From a bacterium (lineage in GTDB: Bacteria; Babelota; Babeliae; Babelales; UBA12409): a DNA stretch of 64,000 bases. Under the pieces are notes generated by a model. The model did no database searches. It was given only the letters and a program-made list of their open reading frames with translations, and was not told where the DNA came from. This document shows, one piece after another, positions 37,488 to 45,497 of the stretch (the first letter of the stretch is position 1; every line of letters begins with the position of its first letter). Made by a program: the position numbers and the translations under genes. Location: NCBI GenBank assembly GCA_021823685.1, contig JAKANL010000001.1:38831-102830 (forward strand), given 5' to 3'.

Positions 37488-38417
37488 ATGGTTGGAATAA
37501 TTTGCAGGGCTTGTGCCATATTGTGCGTAATCTCGCCGATTGTGCCGAATATTAAGCAGGTACCTTTTGAGGAATCGATGCGCTTTACTGCACGTTGGCA
37601 TGGCGAATTTAAGGCGAGTGTTGGTTCGTTTGCAAATGTTGCTCGTTTTATTTATCCAGAAGCTGGCAGTGCGTCTGGATATTATGACTTTCTTAAAAAA
37701 CAATACGAAGATGGGATGAAAGTTGCGCAAAGCAGTGAAAATAAAGTGCGTATCCCCAAAATTTTGCATCAAATATGGATGGGATCGGGAAGTAAAATTC
37801 CAGCGAATTTACTGGAATTGCGTAAAACTTTTCTCGATAATCATCCTGGCTGGCAGCATAAATTGTGGACTGATGATGATTTGAAGAAATTTGATTTTGT
37901 AAATAAGGAACTATTTTTTGCTGCAAAGACGTATGGTGAGCGTTCAGATATCTGGAGATATGAGATTTTATATAAATTTGGCGGCGTATATGCGGATATG
38001 GATTTTATTTGTTATAAGCCACTTGACGATTTTAACAAAGCGTTTGATTTTTATGTGGGCATTCATCCCGTAGATGGTGCTTTTATTGGCCTGAATAACG
38101 CTTTTATTGCCTGTGTGCCAGGTCATCCAATTTTAAAATATGCTATCGATTATTTCCCAACAATGAAGGCACAAGAAAAAATAATCCGTAGCGAAATTTC
38201 GCCTCATATTTATGCTTCAGGGCCAGTTCTCATTACGCGTGCTTTTTACATGGCTTATGGTACCGGTAATTATCGTAATATAGCCTTGCCAACTACTTAC
38301 TTTTATCCTATGGGATTGAGTGAGCGGCGCCAAAGTCCGAGCATTTTTGAGCGGCCAGAGAGTTATGTCATGCATTTGTGGCATGGAACATGTCATAGGG
38401 CGTCCAAAAAAGATTAG
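37488..38417 (+). CDS. GT32-type glycosyltransferase (Och1/Gly_transf_sug-like, DXD)
   Basis: ILHQIWMG, RSDIWRYEILYKFGGVYADMDFIC (DxD) and LNNAFIAC. N-terminal anchor is MVGIICRACAILCVISPIV. Confidence 0.7.
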   Translation: MVGIICRACAILCVISPIVPNIKQVPFEESMRFTARWHGEFKASVGSFANVARFIYPEAGSASGYYDFLKKQYEDGMKVAQSSENKVRIPKILHQIWMGSGSKIPANLLELRKTFLDNHPGWQHKLWTDDDLKKFDFVNKELFFAAKTYGERSDIWRYEILYKFGGVYADMDFICYKPLDDFNKAFDFYVGIHPVDGAFIGLNNAFIACVPGHPILKYAIDYFPTMKAQEKIIRSEISPHIYASGPVLITRAFYMAYGTGNYRNIALPTTYFYPMGLSERRQSPSIFERPESYVMHLWHGTCHRASKKD

Positions 38418-38466
38418 TTGGTTTTGTCCTTCGATGGGGTCCGTGTTTTATTTTACGAGGTTGTTT

Positions 38467-39663
38467 ATGGTTAAAGGATGTAGGTGGTTAATGGTTAGGT
38501 TGACGATTGTTTTATCTTTTTTTTGCCTAGGTTCGGAGCCGATAATCTATCTGGTTCCATTTGGGCATTGTGGTGCATTAGATTCCGACATATTTTTCAG
38601 CGCATTTGCTGAAAAATCTCAAGTTGTCAACTGGGATGGTTTTATGGTACAGCACGTTATGTTGAAAAATACGTTGACGAAATTGGGTTATAAATTCTTT
38701 ACCACGTTTGATCCAGATAATGTTGAACATAGAGATGTCGCGCAGGCTTTTGTTTTTTACAATATTTCCGTCGATAAATTTGGGAAGCCTTTTTTGTTAA
38801 ATCGAGCTTTGCGGGTACCCAAAAGCAAGCTGAGCGTTATTTTGTGGGAACCCCCAATTAAACCATTTGTAAATAATTTTAATAGCTCTTTACAACAGCG
38901 CTTCGGGAAGGTTTTAACATGGGATGACGAATTGTTGGATTGTAAGCATTTTTTTAAATTTTATAATGACACGCGGTGGATGATTTGCGATATGAAAAGG
39001 GATGATTCGGTGCCCTTTGAAAAAAAACGGTTGGTTGCAATGGTGGCTTCGATACCCTATAGCGTTCACCCGGCCGAATTGACCTCTTTGCGTAGGCGAT
39101 TTATTGAATATGTGGATGGGGTTGCTGATCCCAATGAATTTGGGTTGTATGGCCGTGGATTAGAGGGGTGCCGCTATAGGTGTTATCGCGGGGCGATTAC
39201 CAAAAAATGCGAAGGGTACAGGAATTTTAAGTTCGCGGTGTGCTATGAAAATTGTCGTTGGTCGGGTTATATTAGCGAGAAGATTTTTGAGGGCATGATG
39301 GCCGGGTGTGTGCCAATCTATTATGGGGCTCCAAACATTACCAAATATATTCCAAAAGGATGCTTTATCGATTACGCTGATTTTGGATCAGAGGAGAAGC
39401 TTTACGCATATATTAAAAATATGGGAAAGGATGAGTATATGCGTTATATTAAAAATATCGATCTGTTCTTGAAATCGACTAAGGCCCATCTTTTTTCGCT
39501 TGAAAATTGGGTTGATACCTTTATAACGACCATTTTAGGGCCTTATGATCTAGGCATTTGGGATTCTGATGTTCGTGAAGAAATTAAGAAACTTCGATTG
39601 TTAAGGGAAGAATTGGGGGGTTACAGGCTCCATAGAAACGCTTTTTGCATGGGGGATTGGTAA
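38467..39663 (+). CDS. GT10-family alpha-1,3-fucosyltransferase-like glycosyltransferase
   Basis: FKFAVCYENCRWSGYISEKIFEGMMAGCVPIYYG matches the GT10 motif (compare CFEN..GY.TEKI....IPIY.G of H. pylori FucT as I recall it). GAGG lies 6 nt before ATG 38467. Anchor is LMVRLTIVLSFFCLG. Confidence 0.7.
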   Translation: MVKGCRWLMVRLTIVLSFFCLGSEPIIYLVPFGHCGALDSDIFFSAFAEKSQVVNWDGFMVQHVMLKNTLTKLGYKFFTTFDPDNVEHRDVAQAFVFYNISVDKFGKPFLLNRALRVPKSKLSVILWEPPIKPFVNNFNSSLQQRFGKVLTWDDELLDCKHFFKFYNDTRWMICDMKRDDSVPFEKKRLVAMVASIPYSVHPAELTSLRRRFIEYVDGVADPNEFGLYGRGLEGCRYRCYRGAITKKCEGYRNFKFAVCYENCRWSGYISEKIFEGMMAGCVPIYYGAPNITKYIPKGCFIDYADFGSEEKLYAYIKNMGKDEYMRYIKNIDLFLKSTKAHLFSLENWVDTFITTILGPYDLGIWDSDVREEIKKLRLLREELGGYRLHRNAFCMGDW

Positions 39664-39706
39664 AACCAATCCCCCATGTATAGAAAGGTAATTGGGGTTT
39701 AAAAAG

Positions 39707-40681
39707 ATGAAAGGCGTGGTCGTGAGAGTTTGGTGTTGTCTTTTTGTGTTTTTAGCCACAGGTGTTATGCATTGTGCCAGGGCTGGAAAGATGCATAGAA
39801 ATTCATTTATAACATCTGATTCACTTGTTTTTTGTACAGCGGCTGATTCACGATATTATGGTCCGCTGCTTTGTTTAATTGGATCGATACATCGATTGCA
39901 TTATGACGATTTGGGTGAAGTTTCGGTGTATAATTTGGGGCTTTCAAAAGAAGAGGTTTCAACATTAAAAAAAATAAAAAAGGTACAGGTCTATGAAATT
40001 GAGCGCGTACATCCCGATTTGTTAAGGAGCTTTTATTCCGGACGGTCTAAGCATGTTATAGGGTGGTTTGCCTGGAAGCCTGTGGTTATCAAGCAAGAGC
40101 TAGAACGATATCCATATTTTTTGTATGTGGATGCAGGAACCCTCATTCTAAATTCAGTAAAAAATCTGTTCGGTTATATTAAGGAGAAGGGCTCTTTTTT
40201 TATTGATACCGATGTAACTTTTGATGCATTTACCACCAAGCCGGTAAAACAATTTTTTGGTTTGAGTGATAATTGGTTGCAAACGCATCGTATGATACTT
40301 GCAGGGTTTCAGGGAATTTCTAGAGAGTTGGCCGATCAATATGTTATTCCTATGTATCACATGGCGAGAGATCATTTCGATTTATTTATTGATGATGGTA
40401 GTGCTGGTAGCGGCTTGGGATGGGGGAGACATGATTTGGTTTTATTTAGTTATTTTGTTAACACACTAAATTATAAAATATATCAAGGAAAACAGGCAGA
40501 TCTCGGAAAATATGGAATAATTTCTTTCAACAAAGGTGTTCCAACATTGGTTGAGGCTGCTCCGGGTTCATCATCTTACCCTCAATGTACGATTTATAAT
40601 TCTCGATGCAATGTGTGGTCAACCTTTAAAAAATATATAAGATATGGTGCGGCTGATCAAAGCGCAATTACTGTTATCTGA
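39707..40681 (+). CDS. putative GT-A-like glycosyltransferase (DUF1647-like), paralog of 42455..43645
   Basis: Anchor VVVRVWCCLFVFLATGV. Shared blocks are AADSRYYGPLL..SI, VSVYNLGLS, WFAWKPVVIKQEL..YPYFLYVDAG and LAGFQGIS. The family assignment comes from memory of the WKP and DAG/S blocks only. Confidence 0.45.
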   Translation: MKGVVVRVWCCLFVFLATGVMHCARAGKMHRNSFITSDSLVFCTAADSRYYGPLLCLIGSIHRLHYDDLGEVSVYNLGLSKEEVSTLKKIKKVQVYEIERVHPDLLRSFYSGRSKHVIGWFAWKPVVIKQELERYPYFLYVDAGTLILNSVKNLFGYIKEKGSFFIDTDVTFDAFTTKPVKQFFGLSDNWLQTHRMILAGFQGISRELADQYVIPMYHMARDHFDLFIDDGSAGSGLGWGRHDLVLFSYFVNTLNYKIYQGKQADLGKYGIISFNKGVPTLVEAAPGSSSYPQCTIYNSRCNVWSTFKKYIRYGAADQSAITVI

Positions 40682-40708
40682 AAAAATCAAATATTTAAGG
40701 AGTTTCGA

Positions 40709-41407
40709 ATGATGAGGGAAAAATGGTTCAGTCCTTTAGTTTTTGTTTTTTTTATATTTTTCAAATGTAGCGGCGTTGGTAGTCCCGAAGGCGGATATTC
40801 AATTTTTCAGATTATTTATCAAAATAATTGGTGGGGAGGGAAAGAATCTGTTTCTGGGGTCGGGTCAGATTCAGAACAGACCAAAATCATAAAAATCGAA
40901 GTTCCGAAATTACTTAAGTTATTTAATGTTGAGACGATGCTTGATTTGCCCTGCGGAGATTTTAATTGGATGAAATGCATCGATCTCTCAATTTTAAAGT
41001 CATATGTAGGGGGAGATATTATTTCAGATCTCATCGAAAAAAATAATAAACTTTACAAAAAAAATAATGTGTCTTTTGTCGTTATGAATATTATAACGAG
41101 CAGTATTCCACGGGTTGATCTTATCATGTGTCGCGATTTGTTTGTTCATATGCCCTTTAAAGACATAAAACTTGCGTTAAAAAATTTGAAATCAAGCGGT
41201 TCGACGTTTTTGCTTATAACGACAAATCCAAGCCGGACGACCAATATAGATACTGGCGTTGGCGGTTGGAGACGACTGAATTTCGAGGTAGCGCCGTTCT
41301 GCTTTCCAAAGCCGCTATACATAATAAATGAGGGATGCACAGAACGGGAAGGTCAGGATAGCGATAAAAGCCTGGCTCTTTGGAAGTTGAATGATTTGCC
41401 CCTTTGA
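40709..41407 (+). CDS. class I SAM-dependent methyltransferase
   Basis: AAGGAG RBS. Leader FSPLVFVFFIFFKCSG. MLDLPCGDFNWM motif I variant and DLIMCRDLFVHM. Confidence 0.6.
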   Translation: MMREKWFSPLVFVFFIFFKCSGVGSPEGGYSIFQIIYQNNWWGGKESVSGVGSDSEQTKIIKIEVPKLLKLFNVETMLDLPCGDFNWMKCIDLSILKSYVGGDIISDLIEKNNKLYKKNNVSFVVMNIITSSIPRVDLIMCRDLFVHMPFKDIKLALKNLKSSGSTFLLITTNPSRTTNIDTGVGGWRRLNFEVAPFCFPKPLYIINEGCTEREGQDSDKSLALWKLNDLPL

Positions 41408-41480
41408 CTGAATCTCAAAACACAATCGTGGCAATCTAGCGCTTGAAAGATAGTATGTAAGCCGAATTTTGGTTGTAAAA

Positions 41481-42125
41481 CTATTTTTTTGTTGCTATGA
41501 CGGTCTGTCCCCAAAATTCTCGCTTGTCATTGTAGTGAGAGATGATTTTAAAGTAGCAGTTTATATATCGTTTGAATTCACAAAAACTCCATTCTCGCGT
41601 GTGTGCTGGGTTTACCGGTGGGCCAGTTTGGCTTTGGTTAGTTTTCTGGACCGTTAGCAATTTCGGTCTGTCGGGGGTAGAAATAATTAAATATTTAAAG
41701 TTTAGCCGATTTATAAAATTGAGTAATTCATCAGGGTCTACTAAGTGTTCTATAACGTCGGAGCATATTATTAAATCTGTGTTAAATTCTGGTGGCGTTT
41801 CGCTTAATTTGCTAGTTTGCCACCGCCGATTTGGATATTTGTTTTTTAAAAAAGTGAGCGTTGGCTCTATTTCATAACCAACTGTTTCGTACGAGCTAAA
41901 GTATTTGAGTAATTTATAACCAGATCCGCAACCGATATCAGTAATATGTTTGAGATCATGCAGTTTAGCAAACATATATGCGGCAAAATATACCTCATCC
42001 TGACATTCATCTGTACATGGTCTATCATCGAAATGATGGTATTGATCTCTAGAGATATAATCCTTGCTGATAAAATAATTTTCTTTTTTGAATGATAGAT
42101 TTTGAGCGAAGATGTGGCCGGTCAA
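41481..42125 (-). CDS. class I SAM-dependent methyltransferase
   Basis: ITDIGCGSGYKLL (motif I), GYEIEP and DLIICSDVIEHLVDP. TTG start at 42125. The in-frame upstream codons (..EKVFIAVF) are hydrophobic but have no canonical start. Confidence 0.65.
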   Translation of the reverse strand: MTGHIFAQNLSFKKENYFISKDYISRDQYHHFDDRPCTDECQDEVYFAAYMFAKLHDLKHITDIGCGSGYKLLKYFSSYETVGYEIEPTLTFLKNKYPNRRWQTSKLSETPPEFNTDLIICSDVIEHLVDPDELLNFINRLNFKYLIISTPDRPKLLTVQKTNQSQTGPPVNPAHTREWSFCEFKRYINCYFKIISHYNDKREFWGQTVIATKK

Positions 42126-42454
42126 AAAAACGGCAATGAAGACTTTTTCAGAAGTGATCTGTCTTTTGATAAAGCACCCCCTATCTATAACATTCTATGA
42201 AAACATATCATAAGTGAGATGAGAGAAACAATATGTTTTATGAAAAAATTGTTTAATTGTTGTTTGGTGCGGCAGCTTAACAAGTTATAGCGGGAGATTG
42301 AGGCTTTGCTTTTAGATAATTGTTTATGGCAAGGTTTCAAATAATTAGTTGCCGTTCCAGCAATGAAAAAGCGCGACGATTAAAGCTTATAACCTAATCC
42401 CGGTTGCAGACGCTAGGTCCGGCTCAAAATTGCTGTTGTGCTATATGAGAGGCG

Positions 42455-43645
42455 TTATTTAAAACTTCGTTTTGTTGCACGTATCTGTGGATGGATTTTT
42501 GATTGCCCGTGGCTTCGGCCAGCAGCCCTGTTTTTTATTTGGGCAAAGTGGGCGGTTTTTTTCACGCGGAGCTTCTTTATGACTTGTGCAACAGGCGAAT
42601 TTTTTGGTTCAGGTTTTGCTGGCGTTGTAACCGGTTCTTTTTTCTTTTGCACAGTTTTTCCGCTTGTTTTGTCTTGCTCGTCCGGGGTGCCTTTTTTGTC
42701 GTCTTTTTCTTCAATGGTTGTTTTTTCTGGCTGTGGGGGTGGTGGCGTCGGTATAAAGCCGTGGGTTGCTAGTTCTTTTTTCGCTATTTCGCATAGTGTT
42801 GCAAGATCTTTTTTGCCGTGTGTGCGTTTGGTGAGCCAGGTGAAGTAGTGGACTGAGTGTACTTTGAATCCAAGTTTTCTGACCAGGATGCTGAAGAGCG
42901 GTTGGTCGTTACGGCTGTAGTCAAATCCGCCCGGGCAGCCCGGATCACTTTGGAAATATTCTATATTTTTTGCCAGCTGGTAGATCGGTAGTACATACGA
43001 TTTATAAATGTGGCCACTTACTCCTTGATAGCCGGCCGATATGCCCGTTTCTTGCCCGTATTTTTCAAATTCATCTTTGAAGAGCTCCATAATTTTGGGC
43101 GGTGACATGATCATTATCGGGTGGCTTTCAGAACAGGCGGCGAAAAAGTAGCCGTCGCGCTCAATGCAGGCAAACGGGTAGCTGAGCGGCGCTTGTAACT
43201 CGAGTCCGGCGTCGATATACATACAATAGGGGTATTTATCGAGCGCCATTTTGAGCGCAACCGGTTTCCAACTGTAGTAGCCGCGCGCCGTTCGGCCATT
43301 TTGGCGGACGGGAAATGGCGTGAGCATAGAGGGGTTTACTTGCTCAAGGGTATCGACGTGAACATTGGGGAGCGTTGTGATTTCCGTTCGCTGTTCCGGC
43401 GTAAGCCCGAGGTCATAAACGGTGATTTCCCACGGCGTGTTAGCATGGTGTTTATAAATCGAATTAATCATGACAAGCAGGCAAGGATAAAACTCACTGT
43501 CTGCTGACGTGGCAAAATAGAGTTTTTCAAATGTTGCTTGCGTATTGATTATCCATAGCATGATTACGACATAGATGAGGCGGTGCCGCATAGGCGTGGA
43601 AACTTTCTTGGCGTGCATATTTTTACTCCACATGGGCTTCATCAC
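42455..43645 (-). CDS. putative GT-A-like glycosyltransferase (DUF1647-like) with Lys/Pro-rich basic tail
   Basis: Paralog of 39707..40681 (SADSEFYPCLL..SI, ITVYDLGLT, YYSWKPVALKMAL..YPYCMYIDAG, SAGYQGVS). Anchor is LIYVVIMLWII. The C-terminal roughly 110 aa is K/P/T-rich. Confidence 0.45.
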   Translation of the reverse strand: MMKPMWSKNMHAKKVSTPMRHRLIYVVIMLWIINTQATFEKLYFATSADSEFYPCLLVMINSIYKHHANTPWEITVYDLGLTPEQRTEITTLPNVHVDTLEQVNPSMLTPFPVRQNGRTARGYYSWKPVALKMALDKYPYCMYIDAGLELQAPLSYPFACIERDGYFFAACSESHPIMIMSPPKIMELFKDEFEKYGQETGISAGYQGVSGHIYKSYVLPIYQLAKNIEYFQSDPGCPGGFDYSRNDQPLFSILVRKLGFKVHSVHYFTWLTKRTHGKKDLATLCEIAKKELATHGFIPTPPPPQPEKTTIEEKDDKKGTPDEQDKTSGKTVQKKKEPVTTPAKPEPKNSPVAQVIKKLRVKKTAHFAQIKNRAAGRSHGQSKIHPQIRATKRSFK

Positions 43646-43751
43646 CTGTTGTGCCTAGTATAGGCAGATATTGCGGCATTCGTGAATTTTTTTGTTTTGG
43701 ATTAAAAAGGAGCTTCTATTGTGACTTTTTAACTAAAATGGCAGCTCACAA

Positions 43752-43788
43752 AGTAATCTACCACCGACAGGGTCGGTGGCAGATTACT
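43752..43788 (-). terminator. long hairpin after the 43804..44130 gene
   Basis: 17-bp inverted repeat AGTAATCTACCACCGAC / GTCGGTGGCAGATTACT (1 mismatch) with a 3-nt loop, 16 nt past the stop. The T run is weak. Confidence 0.45.
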
Positions 43789-43803
43789 TGATACTTAACT
43801 GGA

Positions 43804-44130
43804 TTAGTTGACGGTCATTCGCCAAAAGTGCGGACGTTCGCCATTAGGTGATTCGAAGCATACACCCTCGGTTTTCCCTTTTTCGAGAGCAGTTACATTT
43901 TGACCATCTACCGTTAGCGTGTTGTTGCGTGTTGCATATAAGACATCTTCGCCTGGAACACGACAGTGGCTAATTTTTGCCGACAACGACGCCAATGAGC
44001 AGGTGCTTCCCTTGTTCATTTTGAATTGGTAATATTGCCCGTCCTCAAAAGGCGTATTCTCGCTGCAAAATGGTACCGCATTTACCGCCGCGAAACTTCC
44101 GGCAAGTAAAACTAACACGAGCTTCTTCAT
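43804..44130 (-). CDS. small secreted Cys-containing protein (paralog A)
   Basis: AAGGAGGAATC-ATG. Signal peptide MKKLVLVLLAGSFAAVNA. Four Cys positions are conserved with 44962..45369, and both share YQFKM and the C-terminal W-RMTV(N/S). Confidence 0.75.
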   Translation of the reverse strand: MKKLVLVLLAGSFAAVNAVPFCSENTPFEDGQYYQFKMNKGSTCSLASLSAKISHCRVPGEDVLYATRNNTLTVDGQNVTALEKGKTEGVCFESPNGERPHFWRMTVN

Positions 44131-44175
44131 GATTCCTCCTTTTATTTGAGAAGAAGTTAAACTGTTAATTTACAG

Positions 44176-44206
44176 TTTATACTACTACTACTACTACTAC
44201 TTGCAA
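44176..44206 (-). promoter_or_regulatory. sigma70-like promoter whose spacer is a (GTA)7 triplet repeat
   Basis: Minus strand reads TTGCAA (44206..44201), a 19-nt spacer made of GTA repeats, and TATAAA (44181..44176), about 45 nt upstream of ATG 44130. Confidence 0.45.
44180..44200. repeat. (TAC)7 microsatellite
   Basis: Seven perfect TAC units read directly in the sequence. Confidence 0.95.
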
Positions 44207-44230
44207 GGGTTTAGGTAAAATATTTTTGCG

Positions 44231-44458
44231 TTAGCGTAAAAAGCAGCAGCTGATGAAGAAAATGGCGGTGAGGACAGCGGCGATGTAATTGAAGTAACCA
44301 CTGAGTATCTGTTGGAAGTTCTGGCCGTAGCGGCGGGCAAGCAGTGCTATACCAAAAAAGCGGATTGAGCGGCCCATAAGTAGGCAGATATTGCGGCATT
44401 GAAATTTTTTGATGATGCGGCCGAGAGGGGCCATACATTGATCAGTTGATGTGGCCAT
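44231..44458 (-). pseudogene. chimeric 3' fragment of a DedA/YqaA-family gene
   Basis: Residues MGRSIRFFGIALLARRYGQNFQQILSGYFNYIAAVLTAIFFISCCFLR align with the C-terminus of 45720..46289. Homology stops near 44379, where a 20-nt copy of 43661..43680 begins. Confidence 0.7.
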
Positions 44459-44487
44459 TAGAAAATTTCGAATGGCTTTCGGGAAAT

Positions 44488-44802
44488 TTATTCTTTTTCG
44501 GTTCCTGAAGTTTTCATGCCAACGAGTTCGATGCGCCCTGGTTTGAGCGAAATAAGATACACGTTGAGTGAATCGGCATTTTCATCGGCGGGGCCGATCA
44601 TGGTGACCGATGCGTTGGGGGAGATTTTGATCTCTTCTCCATGATTAATTACTTTGCTAAAGGTATGGTTAATGCCGTCTTTCCAGGATGACCACTCGAT
44701 ATGTATTGGTAGTTCTGTTTTATTACTAATTATGGTAGCAAAAATAGACGGGGAGCTACCAAGCGTTATCAGTGCGGTGAGTGTTAATAAGAGTTTTTTC
44801 AT
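44488..44802 (-). CDS. small secreted protein
   Basis: Signal peptide MKKLLLTLTALITLGSSPSIFA, 104 aa. It shows no similarity to paralogs A or B. Confidence 0.6.
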   Translation of the reverse strand: MKKLLLTLTALITLGSSPSIFATIISNKTELPIHIEWSSWKDGINHTFSKVINHGEEIKISPNASVTMIGPADENADSLNVYLISLKPGRIELVGMKTSGTEKE

Positions 44803-44910
44803 ACGATTTCCTTTGGTTTTAAACTCTCATGAAGTCTAAGTTACGGCCGTTGCACATTTCAATGGTTTTACGTAAGTCATGGTAGCCGACGATAAATGGG
44901 GTGAGGGCGC

Positions 44911-44940
44911 AAAAAAGGGGCGAAAACAGTCGCCCCTTTT
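44911..44940 (-). terminator. rho-independent terminator after 44962..45369
   Basis: AAAGGGGCG / CGCCCCTTT stem with an 8-nt loop and a T run on the minus strand (A6 at 44911..44916). Confidence 0.7.
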
Positions 44941-44961
44941 TCTTTTTGATCCTTAAATGAA

Positions 44962-45369
44962 TTAGGAAACTGTCATTCTCCAGACAAATTGTTGGGGTCG
45001 ACAGCGGTCCGTTTGTTTATCGAAACATACGCCCACGGTTGTTCCTTTCGATCTAGCTGTTACGTTCTCATTAACACCCGCTTGGATTATTTTATTCTCT
45101 GTACTATACCGCGAGAAACCAGTTTGGACTAGACAGCGCTCAATTTTGTCAGACAGCGCCCCCAATGAACACTCTTGTCCCTCCTTCATTTTGAACTGGT
45201 AGATGGTTTCGTAACCGGGGCCGCTATTATCTTCGTAAGGTGTGTTTTTCTCGCAGTTTTTTATTAGTAGCGCACGTACCGCCGCGGAACTTCCGTCAGG
45301 CTTTGGTACTACTACCGCATTTACCGCCGCGAAACTTCCGGCAAGTAAAACTAACAAGACCTTCTTCAT
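44962..45369 (-). CDS. small secreted Cys-containing protein (paralog B)
   Basis: Same RBS and signal peptide (MKKVLLVLLAGSFAAVNA) as paralog A. It has an internal duplication of the signal-peptide-coding segment (GSFAAVNA / GSSAAVRA) and ends WRMTVS. Confidence 0.75.
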   Translation of the reverse strand: MKKVLLVLLAGSFAAVNAVVVPKPDGSSAAVRALLIKNCEKNTPYEDNSGPGYETIYQFKMKEGQECSLGALSDKIERCLVQTGFSRYSTENKIIQAGVNENVTARSKGTTVGVCFDKQTDRCRPQQFVWRMTVS

Positions 45370-45412
45370 GATTCCTCCTTTTATTTTAGAAGAAGTTAAA
45401 CTATCAATTTAA

Positions 45413-45442
45413 AGTATACGCTACTACTACTACTACTTGCAA
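45413..45442 (-). promoter_or_regulatory. sigma70-like promoter whose spacer contains (GTA)5
   Basis: Minus strand reads TTGCAA (45442..45437), an 18-nt spacer (GTA x5 + GCG), and TATACT (45418..45413), about 45 nt upstream of ATG 45369. Confidence 0.45.
45422..45436. repeat. (TAC)5 microsatellite
   Basis: Five perfect TAC units at the position equivalent to the (TAC)7 tract of the paralogous locus. Confidence 0.95.
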
Positions 45443-45497
45443 GGGTTTGTGTAAACATTTTTGTGTTAGTGGAGAAGATAGCAGCTGGTGATGAAAG

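Noticed and set aside
42126-42454. 330-bp non-coding gap with an imperfect inverted repeat (TGAAAACATAT ... ATATGTTTTA)
   Set aside because: It has only about 10 bp of AT-rich pairing with a long loop, which is compatible with chance in AT-rich promoter DNA. It is not reported as a regulatory element.
42438-42848. 136-aa + ORF rich in F, V and C
   Set aside because: It is antisense to the Lys/Pro-rich tail of the 42455..43645 gene, and its composition is the complement of an A-rich coding strand.
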